Assembly (NCBI GenBank): GCA_950097015.1
Contig: CATNEN010000041.1
Location: forward strand, 2,604,001-2,668,000
Reading direction: 5' to 3'
DNA from: Macrostomum hystrix
Taxonomy: Eukaryota > Animalia > Platyhelminthes
DNA: 64,000 nt
The notes beneath the pieces are model-generated. The model saw only the letters and a program-made list of their open reading frames with translations, was not told the DNA's origin and did no database searches. The translations under genes and the position numbers were made by a program. This document shows, one piece after another, positions 45,601 through 57,600 of the stretch. Each line of letters starts with the position of its first letter. The first letter of the stretch is position 1.

Positions 45601-48600
45601 CCAGCAGGTTCTCAACAGCGGGGCCGCAGTCGCGAACGCGGCGAGTCCAGGCTGAGCGGCGGCCGCGGTCGGTGAGGGCGGCGAGCATCTCCACGCGGGT
45701 GAACTGCCGCTGGAAATGCTCCAGGGTGGCCTGCAGGGCAGGGGGACCGTGCTACTGTGAGTAACGGCTATGAACTAATCAATTGCACTCACACACAAAT
45801 GGCACCTCACCTGCGGCAGGTCGCAACAGCGCCGAATCCCTTCGCCGGCCTCGGCCACAGATGCTGCCAAGCCGTCCGCCCGGGCCATCAGCGCCGCGGA
45901 CAGCCGCAAGGAGTCGCGCCACTCGATGCTGGCGGCCCAGATAGCGGCCGCGACCCTAGCGGGCTGCTCCGAAGCAGCGTCGGCAAGGGCCTGCCGCACT
46001 AGCAGGTCAGCGATGAGGCGGTGAGTGTCTGCGCATGCTTCAGCGTCCTGAACAGTTCGAGACAGCAGCAGAAGATCGCTAGCCAGGGCTGCCACACAAT
46101 CTCCGCTTGCGCCGCAGTCGTCGAAGGCTTCGCCGACCGGCGTGCTGGGGAAAGCCGCCATCAGCTGGTCGGCCCACAGTCCGCCACTACCGTCCTGGGG
46201 TGCCTCGATAAGGGCTTTGCGCAGCTGGTCCAGCGAGCCAAGCACTTCGGCCGCGAAGGGCAGCTGGTAGGCGGTCTCGACCACCCCGACGTCGCTGAGT
46301 GCGCCGGCGCTGTCTGGAGGCTGAGCAAATTGAGTCAGCGCCTGGCAGACGGTAGATGAGGTTGAGAAGCCTGAGGCTGTCGATGGCGTCAGGAAGTGGC
46401 GTGCAAGCCGCAGCCAGAGGCGACGCTGCCAGCCGCTGCCAGCAGCGAGAGCGTCAAGGCCGCGGTTTCGGTCGGCGAGGCTCAGGAAGGCGGCCAGCAC
46501 GGGTGTCGCCTTGCGGCAGAGAGCGCGCCAGATGCTCTCGCTGAGGGGGGATTTTAGGGATTGAAGATTTTTAAGAGCAGTACAGTGCAGGAAGGCAGCA
46601 GAGTAAGAGAGCATGAAAAAGAGCGAGTTGTGAGAAAGCCGAAGGTGAAAGCAGAAGACAGAAGAAGGCTCAAGCAAAGGCGCAGACTTAAAGGTAGTTA
46701 GGGCTCAGTCGACAGTGCTCACGCAAAGGTGCCAGCCTCAAGCACCGCATCCAGTTTTGCGGCCTCGTGCCTTAGCCACTGGCTGGGGTCCTCGTAGGTA
46801 ACGAAGCTGCAGTTGGTCTCAATAAAGGCGAGGCCGCGCCCCAGGAAGTCCAGCACCAGGGCTCGGAAGTCGGCGTCTGAATTGGTTTGAGGGGTTGCGG
46901 GAGAGTAAAGGCCTACAGTGCGTGCACCCTACCAATGAGCCTACCGATGTGGAAGGTGCTGACGAAGATGTTGAACCTCTGGCTGCACCGATCAGCACCC
47001 GAGGTGCTGCCCCGGCCACCAAGACGGGCGAGCGCGGTGAACACGCTACAGTGAATCAGGTGGCCCAGGTCAAAGGTAACGGGCAGGTCGTCCGTGGGTC
47101 CACCTGAAATAGAGCGTGGGTGACCGTGAGAACTAGTGCAGTGCTCAGGTGCAGCTGGATTATTTTAGCCACTCACCACTGGCCAGGCGCTGCACAATGA
47201 GGGACACGGGCGCAGGCGCGAGGCCCTGAATACGCAGCGCCGCCGCTGTCTCCGCCGCCTCCGCGCTGGCAGCCGTCAACGGCGACTCCGAGTGCATGGA
47301 CAGCCAGTCACCGGACTCGAAGCCGCGGAACGGGTTGGCGTGTGAGCGCGGCAGCCGCAGGCAGAGCAGGACGCGTCGGTCGCCGGACTCCAGCGGGTTG
47401 GCAGCTCCGGCTGACTGGAGGGCGCTCTCGATGCAGTGCTTCACGGAGGCTATGAGGCTGGCGGAAGCGGCGCTGCGAGCCGCGTCCAGCTGCAGCAGCA
47501 GCGTCCGCTGCGAGCCGGTGAGGAAGGCCTTAAGATAGTCTGAGAACTGGCCCTCAGTCTCAAAGCTGCTCAGATTAGCGCTGAGCAGGCTTCCCAGCTC
47601 CTTGGGACAGGCGGCCGACAGCTGCTGCGCCTCAGCCTCCGACATCAGCCGATCGAACGAAGTCACCTGCAGCAGGCGGTGACGCGGCCAGGCGCGGATG
47701 GCGGAGCGCAGTCGCTGGGCCAGGCTTTGGCCCGGGCGGAAGGCGCCAGTGGCCGCTGAGTCCCCGGCTGGCGGAGGGTCCATTGCGGTTTCCTGGATTG
47801 TGAATGGCAGGAAGTAGTGCCCTGAATGGCAGGAAGCAGTGCCCTGAATGACGGGAAGCAGTGCCCTGAATGACGGGAAGCAGTGCCCTGAATGACGGGA
47901 AGCAGTGGTCTGAATGACGGGAAGCAGTGGTCTGAATGACGGGAAGCAGTGCCCTGAATGACGGGAAGCAGTGGTCTGAATGACGGGAAGCAGTGCCCTG
48001 AATGACGGGAAGCAGTGCCCTGAATGACGGGAAGCAGTGCCCTGAATGACGGGAAGCAGTGCCCTAAATGACGGGAAGCAGTGCCCTGAATGACGGGAAG
48101 CAGTGCCCTGAATGACGGGAAGCAGTGCCCTGAATGACGGGAAGCAGTGGCCTGAATGACGGGAAGCAGTGGCCTGAATGACGGGAAGCAGTGGTCTGAA
48201 TGACGGGAAGCAGTGTCCTGAATGACGGGAAGCAGTGGCCTGAATGACGGGAAGCAGTGGTCTGAATGACAGGATATGTAATCAGCGGCCTCACCAGCAG
48301 AGCCGAGTCCTCTGTCATCCTGAAGTAGCAGTCGGGGCTGGCAGTGAGCATCAGCCTCTCGATGACCGACCGTGCCAGGCTCTCCTCAGCGGCATGAGAC
48401 TCGCCAGGGTTCGCCGCGGGCCACAGCTCCAGCAGCAGAGCGGCGACACTGTCGTCATGGTAACCGATTAGTACATCAGCGAGAGTCACGCCCCCGTGGC
48501 CCTTGGCGTTGAGCTGCTCCTGCAGGCGGACAACAATGGCCTGGAAGAGCTGTCTCTGGCCGGGAGTCAGCAGGGAGTCCAGGCACAGGCGGTGCTTCTC

Positions 48601-51600
48601 CATGCGGTTGATCAGCGGGATGGGGAAGCGGTCCATCACCGTGTCCCGGTCCGCCACCAGGACAACGCGGAAATTCTCGTGGATCTTGCATTTCAGCCTG
48701 CGTGTTTGGAGATGGAGGTTTTGAAATAATTCACTCAGCATAGCAACTCGGGAAAGGGCAGGGTGGCAATGTCCAGAGTGACACTGTCTCAGACAGAGCA
48801 GCTGCGAATTAGAGAGAAGATCTGTCAGTATGGTTTGTCAGGTTAGTTCTATGCTAGAATATTCTATGGAGGACATGGATTTAGGGCCTGTCAACCTGTG
48901 CGTGCCGAGGCCGAGGTCCACGTATCGCTGGCCGCCACAGGTCTCATAATATTGGTTGAGTACATCGTACAGCGACTCGTAGAGTGAGTCCATGTTCATG
49001 AGCACGACCGTCTCGCCGCGCTCCATGGCCAGCTTGATCTTGTTGATGTCGCGGCACACTTTCGTGTAGAGCTGGTCGTGCGGGAAGCTGCTGCCGAAGA
49101 TCACTGTGGACTGACGGTCGCGCGACAGGGCCTTGAAGCCGGCCAGGTTCTGCGTGACCAGCAGCAGGTAGCGCTCCTCTGGGTTGCGGGTCTGCAGCGC
49201 GGAGTCCAGCACTTCCTTGGGCAGGCCGGCATGCGAGTCGGCTGGCTGGCCGCCTGTGAGTTGGAGGAACTCGGCCACGGGGTCGACCTCCTCCAGGCCG
49301 CCGAAGTTCTTTGTGACGCAGCGCAGGGTAGCTAGGTCAGAGGCGTCTTCAGAACGACGCAGGTCCTTCACGAGGCTGAAGAAGTCGCGCAGGCCGAAAA
49401 ACTCGCGACCAACCTTGTCGAATGCGCTATTGTGAATCTGCAGCGCGAATAGTTAGAGGATAAAAAGGCCAAATCATTGGCGTCTAGAAGGCGGAGTCGA
49501 TTCTAATGAACTTCTGCTGACTGAATTATTGGATGGCAGATTACTGACGTCTGTGTAGTAAAACTCTTTTTTAAATCTAAATCTACGAGCGTACAAGGCA
49601 AACAACTCTGCAGATCTAGAACTGTTCTGCACTATACAGGTAAGCAGCCAGCACTCACCTGTAAGTAGAACTTGGCCAGCTCGTTCCAGTCGCCTGACCG
49701 GCCATCGCTGCAGATGCCCCTGGCGGTGGCCACGAGCTCATCGCAGTCAGGCACGTCCCGCTGCACGTACAGGCCGCGGTTCATCTTGGCCGGGTCCAGC
49801 GCCCAGTTGGAGATGCCCACGAATGCCACCTTGCGGCACTCTGGCGGCAGCGCATCCTCGTCGTCCTCGTCCACCGGGCCGGCCTCCTCAATGCAGCCGT
49901 CCTCCAGCAGCGGGTGCAAACTCTTCAATGGCATATCCGGGCTGTCCTCAGCTAACCCGACCTCCTCCAGCACCACCACAGCAACGAACTCGCCTGGCTG
50001 TTTGCCGCGCTGCAGCTTGGCGCACTGCTGGAAGGTCTGAATGATGCCATCTGATGTCGACCAGGGCGAGCACTGGAAGGCCAGCATGTGTGTGTTGGGC
50101 AGATCTTTGTATGCTTCCGAAGTGGAGTTGCGGCCCAACATGCGACTGCGCACAATGGTCTTCGCCAGGGACTTGGAGCTGCCCGGCTTTCCCACCAGAA
50201 ACAGCGGCAGACGCAGAGAGATGCAGACAACCATCATGAAGACATTCTCACGAAGTGCGCCGTTTTTTGAGATGCCCGCTGGCAGGTCCACGTCGTTGAT
50301 GAAGACCTCCTGGCATTTTTTCAACAAATCTTCGATTTCCCACGGGCAAAGTTTATGGAAACATTGATGCCTCTGCAGAATCCGGGATAATAGTTTGATG
50401 TATTCATTCTTGAAAGCTGAACTTAGGCGGCTTAAGTAACAGACAAACATTGTGACAAGCATAGCGCATGTGATTTTGTTCACAGAGCTGCTCCTGAGTA
50501 TCCTGTCGCAGCCAAGCACCCAGTTCATCACTCGCAGTGCTTTGTCGACTTCGCGAAGCGACACAAAGCGGCTCTCGTCGCTGAAGCCGCGCATGAAACG
50601 CTGAGACTCACAGATGGCGGCAGCGACGGCCTCCGCATGCGGTTTGGCTGTGTGCTTCAGGCCCGTCTGCAGCATGCGCAGGGCGTACTGGCCCTCGGCC
50701 TCGCCGGACAGGCTGCCGAAGTCCCAAAGCAGGCTCACCAGGCTAAGCGGCATCGGCCTCACGCGGTACACCAGATGCCGCATGGGCAAGTCGCCGAACC
50801 GGTCGGCGGTGTCTTCCTTGCGCACCCGGTAGCCGAGGCCGCTGCTCTCCAACCTCTGTATCATTTCGTCTGTGTGCCGCTGGTATGGGTTGCAGGCGGC
50901 TACGAACCGCAGGCAGCCGTCGGGATCCACCGGACGACCGTGCAGGCGGCGGTCGCACATGACCTCCTTGATGAGACCCACTGCGTTAGTGCTGTTCACC
51001 TCGTCAAAAAACACAATGGTGAAGAGGCCCGGCACAAGACGACTGTTCCGCCGGCCCTGAATTTCTGCCCTGCGGACTGCGTCCTCAATGGACCGTTCGG
51101 TGGTGCCGCCGTGCACTTTTAGCACCAGCATGTTGTCCACGCCCTCGACTTTCTGCGTCAGCAGCAGCCGGGCCAAGAAGCGCACAAGGCGCGTCTTGCC
51201 GCAGCCCGTCTCGCCCATAACAACCACAGGCAGGCAGCAGCGGAAGCGCATGTACACTGCTAACATCTTACGCGCATTGTCCGCGGTCAGCTCGTAGGAT
51301 GGATCCGGGTCTATGGCGTTCTCCGAGCCGAGAATGCGGTGCAGGCAGTCGAGTTTGTCCTGCCTACTGCGCCCCTCGAAGTTGTCGCTGAGAGGTGCGC
51401 GATTTCTAATCAAGGCCTGCACAAGGGCCGCAGTCATGACATTAGCGCGCAAGACCCTGCGAGTCGATACGCCGATTAGGTTACCCGAGGCGTCCACTGA
51501 GAAGCCGACAAAAGAGAACGTGCGGTCGGGATTGAAAAACAGGTAGGGGTGGTCCTCGTCCTCCCAGTGGCGGCGCAGTCCGAACTGCTCAATATTCTCC

Positions 51601-54600
51601 TCCTCTTCAGCAGCAGTGCTGGCGACGCCCGCGCTGGCGCTCTCATCTGCGATGCGCAGCGACCGCGTGGCAAAGTCTTTGGCCATGAGCAGGACCGAGT
51701 CCACAACGAACTGACGGAAACCTGGAAGGTCCTCCTGCGCCGCGGCGCAGCAGAAGTCTGACTCCTCGAAGTCGCAAAGCTGGCGGTTAAGAAAACGGCA
51801 GAAAGTGGCCAGCTCGAGCCAGCTTGGGTCTCGCAGTCCGCAGTTGCTGCTCAGCGCTTCCAGTGCCACTGCAGTCGGTAGTTGATTAGTGGACTCCGCC
51901 TGTCGAAGAAGGTGTCTCGCTGGACGCTGAACCCACTCCTCGGTGAGGCTTAGCTCATCCCAGATGAGCCCGCCAGATTTGGAATCCGCGCCAGATCGGA
52001 GTCGACTGAGGGCCTCAGCAGGCGTGGCGCAGCGTACAATGGGTAGGAAGCGAAAGCTCTGTAGGGCTCCAGGCCGCAGCGGCGAATGCTCTACCAAGAA
52101 CGCATCGCGGGGTGACCGACGCCAGACGAAACCCTTCGAGTTACGCAGTGCTCCAAAAAGCAGCAGCTGAGCCATTACCTCGTCTAAGTCTTCGCGGACC
52201 TCTCTAGCAATGTCCAGGTGAAAAACCCGACGTGTAGCCGCATCGTTTTGGCCGAGGTCATCAACGGAGGCCAGAAATTCATACAGTCGGTCTGGCTCAA
52301 AGGTTGTGGAATGCCAGGAGAAAATATGGGGCTTTGTCGCCCCGGCCAGACGCAGGCAGCGCAGGGACTTGCCCATTCCGGGTCTGGCGGAGGTCACCAA
52401 CATCACCTGAGAGGCTTGCGGATCACGGCCGCCAGCCAGTTGCTGATAAGTCCAAGCAGCAACCTCCGGCTCAGAGGGCAGACGGATTGCATCCTGTAGG
52501 CAGTGGCCCAGAGCGGCGCACAGGGGACCGCCAGTTCGGCGCGCCGCCTCAGTCAGCACGGCGAGCAGACGGCTGCCACGGGCGCCAGTGCTAAATGATG
52601 AACGCTGATTGAGCAGCTCAGTTAGGTGCGTCTCTGCGTAGCAGCTCAGCTCGTAGGGCAGCCGCTCCGCCCAAAGAAGGAAGAAAAGTAAGTCTCCGCT
52701 GCCACTAGTCCGAGTATTTAGCGCTCGATCAAGAAAGAGCCGCAGCTCCTCTTGTTCAGTGCGGCGGCTACAGCAGAGCACTTCGGCAGGAAACGGCAGG
52801 CGATTGAATTCCAGGCGGTAGGAGTCCAGGCAGACGAGCAGCTGCTGGCCCTCTGGCACCAACACAGAGGTTAAAGTAGACGGAATCGTTGATAATGACG
52901 TGGCGAAAGGGCTTGACTGTTGACTGGCTAGCCTCTCCAGAAACTGCGCGAGCTGTTCGAAGCTCAACGACAGACAGCTGGCAAGTTCTCCGCCATCAAG
53001 GAAGCTGCGCCATACAGGCGTCAGGACGTCAGCCACGCAAATTGATGAGAACTGCGGTTGAGCAGATAGGCTCGAAGGGGACTCAGCTGCAAAGACATTG
53101 CTGGCAGAATCCTCCAGAACATACCGCAAAGCTTCAGCCGCAGCCTCTGCTTCGACATCGGGCACAGCAAAGCGCAGCAGGTGAATTAGCTTGGAGCTGG
53201 GATTGTCGTCCTGAAGCAGCTCCGCTGCGAGGTGGGTCTGCAGGAATCGCAGTTGCCTGGCACCGAAAAAGTTCAGCAACGCGTGCTGCCGCCGCTCAGC
53301 TGCCACTCGCTTCTGCCAATCGTCTCGGCAGTCGGACAGAAAATCCACAGCCTGACGGATACCATCGATCGGATCTGCCACCGTGAAGCAGTCCGGGCTG
53401 GACCGCAGGCGGGGGCAGAGTTTCAGCGTGAGGTTGTCGACAGCTCCAGGTGCCAGTACGGCCTTGATGCTCAGATGCTCAAAGAGGGGACAACAGTCGC
53501 TGCCGAGGCCATCGCACAGGCTGACAAGTCTGGCGAACAAGTTGGTGAGCTCAATGAAGGCGTTAAACATGGTCTGGTCCTCATCCGACTGGCCGATGAT
53601 CAGCATGAGCTTGGACTGCAAGTCCTGTACATCCTCCAGGGTAAGTGTTCGGCCGTCGATGCTCAGTTTAAACTCGGTGGGGTCTCTGGCCCGCACTCGC
53701 AGCTTGCCAGAGCTGGCGACCGCTTTGACCCGGCTGAGGGTGCTCCGCTCCACGGTGCCCTTGCTGGAGTTCACCTCCTGCAGCCAGTCCACGCGGTCGC
53801 TAGACTCTCTCAATTGGCTCACCAGCAACGAGCTCTGGCAGTCCTTCTTGTCAGGTTGGCAGCCACCGGAGTCCCGACAGGTGTTGCAGCGCTCCAGCAC
53901 TCGGTGCAATTTCTCTTTGATTTGGTTCAGCCGAACCTCCTGGCAATCCAGCAGGTCATAGATGAGGGGTTCGAACCCGACAACCGCTTGGTAGAAGCAC
54001 TCAATCTTGCCCTGCTCCATGGCCCCACCATCGCCCGTGTAGATCATGGCAAGATCGAAGAATGTCTTCAAGTCTTCTTTTTTCAGATTTTTCCGAGTCC
54101 ATTTCACAAGTTCGTGGGCCGTGGCGAAGGCCACCAGGATTTCGAGCAGCATCGGTTTTCCCACCATGTCCTTTATCGACTCATTTGCCTCCAGTTTGCT
54201 GACCCGGATATCCTTCAACCTTAGCTCCTGCGCTGACGCTTCTGTCTCAGTGAGATCTTGAAGTTGCTCATCCATGCTCATGTTGTAGTTCGAGTAGACG
54301 CTGCAGAGCGCTTGGCACAGCTTGTCGTTATTTGCCTTACTGAGTATAAAGTTTATCTTACGGCTCAGGGCTTTAACTTCAGGATTGCTCAGTCCTGAAA
54401 TTTTCAGCTCAGCTACAAGTTCTTCTTTGTTGCGGAAGCAGCTTCCAAGAAACTGGCTGGCGCACTCAACAGTAATCTCCTCATCCTTGAGAAGCTTCAC
54501 CTGGCGCTTCCACTCAACTAGCGTCTCCTGCATCACAGTTAGCAGCGCGTTGGCGTCCAGCGGCTTCTCTGCCGTCATCGCATCCGCACCTTCGTCTTCC

Positions 54601-57600
54601 TGCTCAACATCCTCGTCAATCGCAACTGTAGCCGTGTCCTGGTTGCAGTAGCGGCTCTTGACACGGCTCTGAAGCAGGCCTCGGTAGCTGGAGCTATCGC
54701 TGAATACTTTCGATTGCCTTATGTCGCAAAGCAGTACTTGATGCCGATCTTCAATACCGAAGGCGGCCAGGGTCAGCCGCCAGCCTTCGGTCTGCTGCAG
54801 CGCGAGCTCGCCAATTCGCCTGTTTTGAAGGTTGTCCAGCAGCTGGCGCACTTCTTCTACGTTGTCTAAAAAATAAAAGTTTTTTGTTGTTGCAGTTGCT
54901 GCTACTAGACCTCCCATGCCTTCTACGGCTATGAGAATGATGTCTACTCACAGAACTTTGGGTCCAGCTTGTCCGCACAGTGACGAACAAAGTGGCGCAA
55001 CTGGTCTATCCCGCACTCGATGACGCCAACCTGCCGCTCAAAGATGGCTAGAGTCGCTCTGACTTGCTGCTCCTTGGCCTTGATGCCTTTCAGTCGCTTC
55101 TGCTTCTCGAGTTGTTGGAGGTACTCCAACAGTTCGGCATGCTTGCCAGTTAGCAGCTTGGCTGTTCCTAAGGATATGGCCTGAGGTGCATGACACAGAT
55201 CGTTGAGCGCCTGGCGCACGGCCGACAAGCACTCCTCCAGCAGTCTAGAGAATTTGTCTCCCATCTTCGCTTTCACTTTCTTGTAGTCTAAAAGTTGATA
55301 AGTAGCACAGAATTGTTGGATGAGCTAAACTAGTGTCTAACAATGAGGTAGATTACGAGTACGCGACTGAGAGTTTTAAAATGGTTGCCGAATTCACTTA
55401 TAAATAAAACGATGTAAATCAACCATATTTTTTAGACATATTGGTGTGAGCTACTTTGGAAAATACTAATAACAACTGAACTAAGAATAAATATATCAGG
55501 ATCACTAGAAATATTGAAGTGCGAAATAAATTAAAGGGATAAATATCACGAGTTACCTTTGTGGAAGATGACTTGCATGCACAGCTTTGAGGACAAGGCG
55601 AACCGGAGCAGTCGATTCGGGTCCAATTCATTAAGCGCAGTGAAATTGATCAGAGACAGTTCGCCCAACTTTCTTAGCGAATCTTCGCTTGAAGAGTTGA
55701 AAAATCGCCCGATGAGACCAGAGAGAATGCCCTGGAAAATAAGAAAAAACGCACCCTTAAAGTACTAGGTATAGGTAAATAACTAGAGGTGATGTACATT
55801 GACATTCGATGTTCGATATTTCCAATTTAATCGAATTTCGTTATTCCTCATTCAAAACCAAACAACAAGATTTTTTAGCTTCCTCTGGCTCTGAATTACA
55901 CAGCCAGCACCAACCTCGGAGCTTGAAGACATGTGAGTAATCTTGTCCGCAGCCACGGTGGATACGCTCGCGTTCAGCTTCTCAGCTAGGAGCTTCTTGC
56001 TCTCCAGCAGTTCGATGACGGTTTGCTGGATTTGGAACGAATGAAAATAGATTGAAATAGATCTTCTCAATATCAGCCCAAGCTGTCCACAAGCCGGTAA
56101 AAAGTAAACAAATTATGAAACAAAGAATACGAGTATATTAGAGAATGAACAGATGAAACAATGAACAGATTAACTATTAGCAGAAGAAGGAATGAAGATA
56201 TAAGAGAGTAAACACAAAAAGGAATGAATGGATGAAATAATAAATACAGGAAAGAATGACTTAATGAATGAATTAATTAATGAAAGGAGAGCCTCAACTC
56301 ACCAGCTCAGATTTAAACAATAGCCTCAACTCACCAGCTCAGATTTAAACAGTAGCCTCAACTCACCCGCTCAGAATAAAACAAGAGCCTCAACTCACCA
56401 GCTCAGATTTAAACAGTAGCCTCAACTCACCCGCTCAGAATTAAACAAGAGCCTCAACTCACCCGCTCAGAATTAAACAAGAGCCTCAACTCACCCGCTC
56501 AGATTTAAACAGTAGCCTCAACTCACCAGCTCAGATTTAAACAGTAGCCTCAACTCACCCGCTCAGAATTAAACAATAGCCTCAACTCACCAGCTCAGAT
56601 TTAAACAGTAGCCTCAACTCACCAGCTCAGATTTAAACAGTAGCCTCAACTCACCAGCTCAGATTTAAACAGTAGCCTCAACTCACCAGCTCAGATTTAA
56701 ACAGTAGCCTCAACTCACCAGCTCAGAATTAAACAATAGCCTCAACTCACCAGCTCAGATTTAAACAGTAGCCTTAACTCACCAGCTCAGATTTAAACAG
56801 TAGCCTCAACTCACCCGCTCAGAATTAAACAGTAGCCTTAACTCACCAGCTCAGATTTAAACAGTAGCCTCAACTCACCAGCTCAGATTTAAACAGTAGC
56901 CTCAACTCACCAGCTCAGATTTAAACAATAGCCTCAACTCACCAGCTCAGAATTAAACAATAGCCTCAACTCACCAGCTCAGATTTAAACAGTAGCCTCA
57001 ACTCACCAGCTCAGATTTAAACAGTAGCCTTAACTCACCAGCTCAGATTTAAACAGTAGCCTCAACTCACCAGCTCAGATTTAAACAGTAGCCTCAACTC
57101 ACCAGCTCAGAATTAAACAATAGCCTCAACTCACCAGCTCAGATTTAAACAGTAGCCTTAACTCACCAGCTCAGATTTAAACAGTAGCCTCAACTCACCA
57201 GCTCAGATTTAAACAATAGCCTCAACTCACCAGCTCAGATTTAAACAATAGCCTCAACTCACCAGCTCAGATTTAAACAGTAGCCTTAACTCACCAGCTC
57301 AGATTTAAACAGTAGCCTCAACTCACCAGCTCAGATTTAAACAATAGCCTCAACTCACCAGCTCAGATTTAAACAGTAGCCTCAACTCACCAGCTCAGAA
57401 TTAAACAGTAGCCTCAACTCACCAGCTCAGAATTAAACAATAGCCTCAACTCACCAGCTCAGATTTAAACAATAGCCTCAACTCACCAGCTCAGATTTAA
57501 ACAATAGCCTCAACTCACCAGCTCAGATTTAAACAGGAGGCAGGCTACCAGTCGGTGCAGAGCTTCATAGCAAGGCTCTGCTATGTCTGACTGGCAATCG

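Noticed and set aside
49632-54917. Bacterial or phage-defence AAA ATPase or horizontally acquired island (5.2-kb uninterrupted ORF)
   Set aside because: It is one large exon bounded by canonical splice sites and in phase with neighbouring RNF213 exons.
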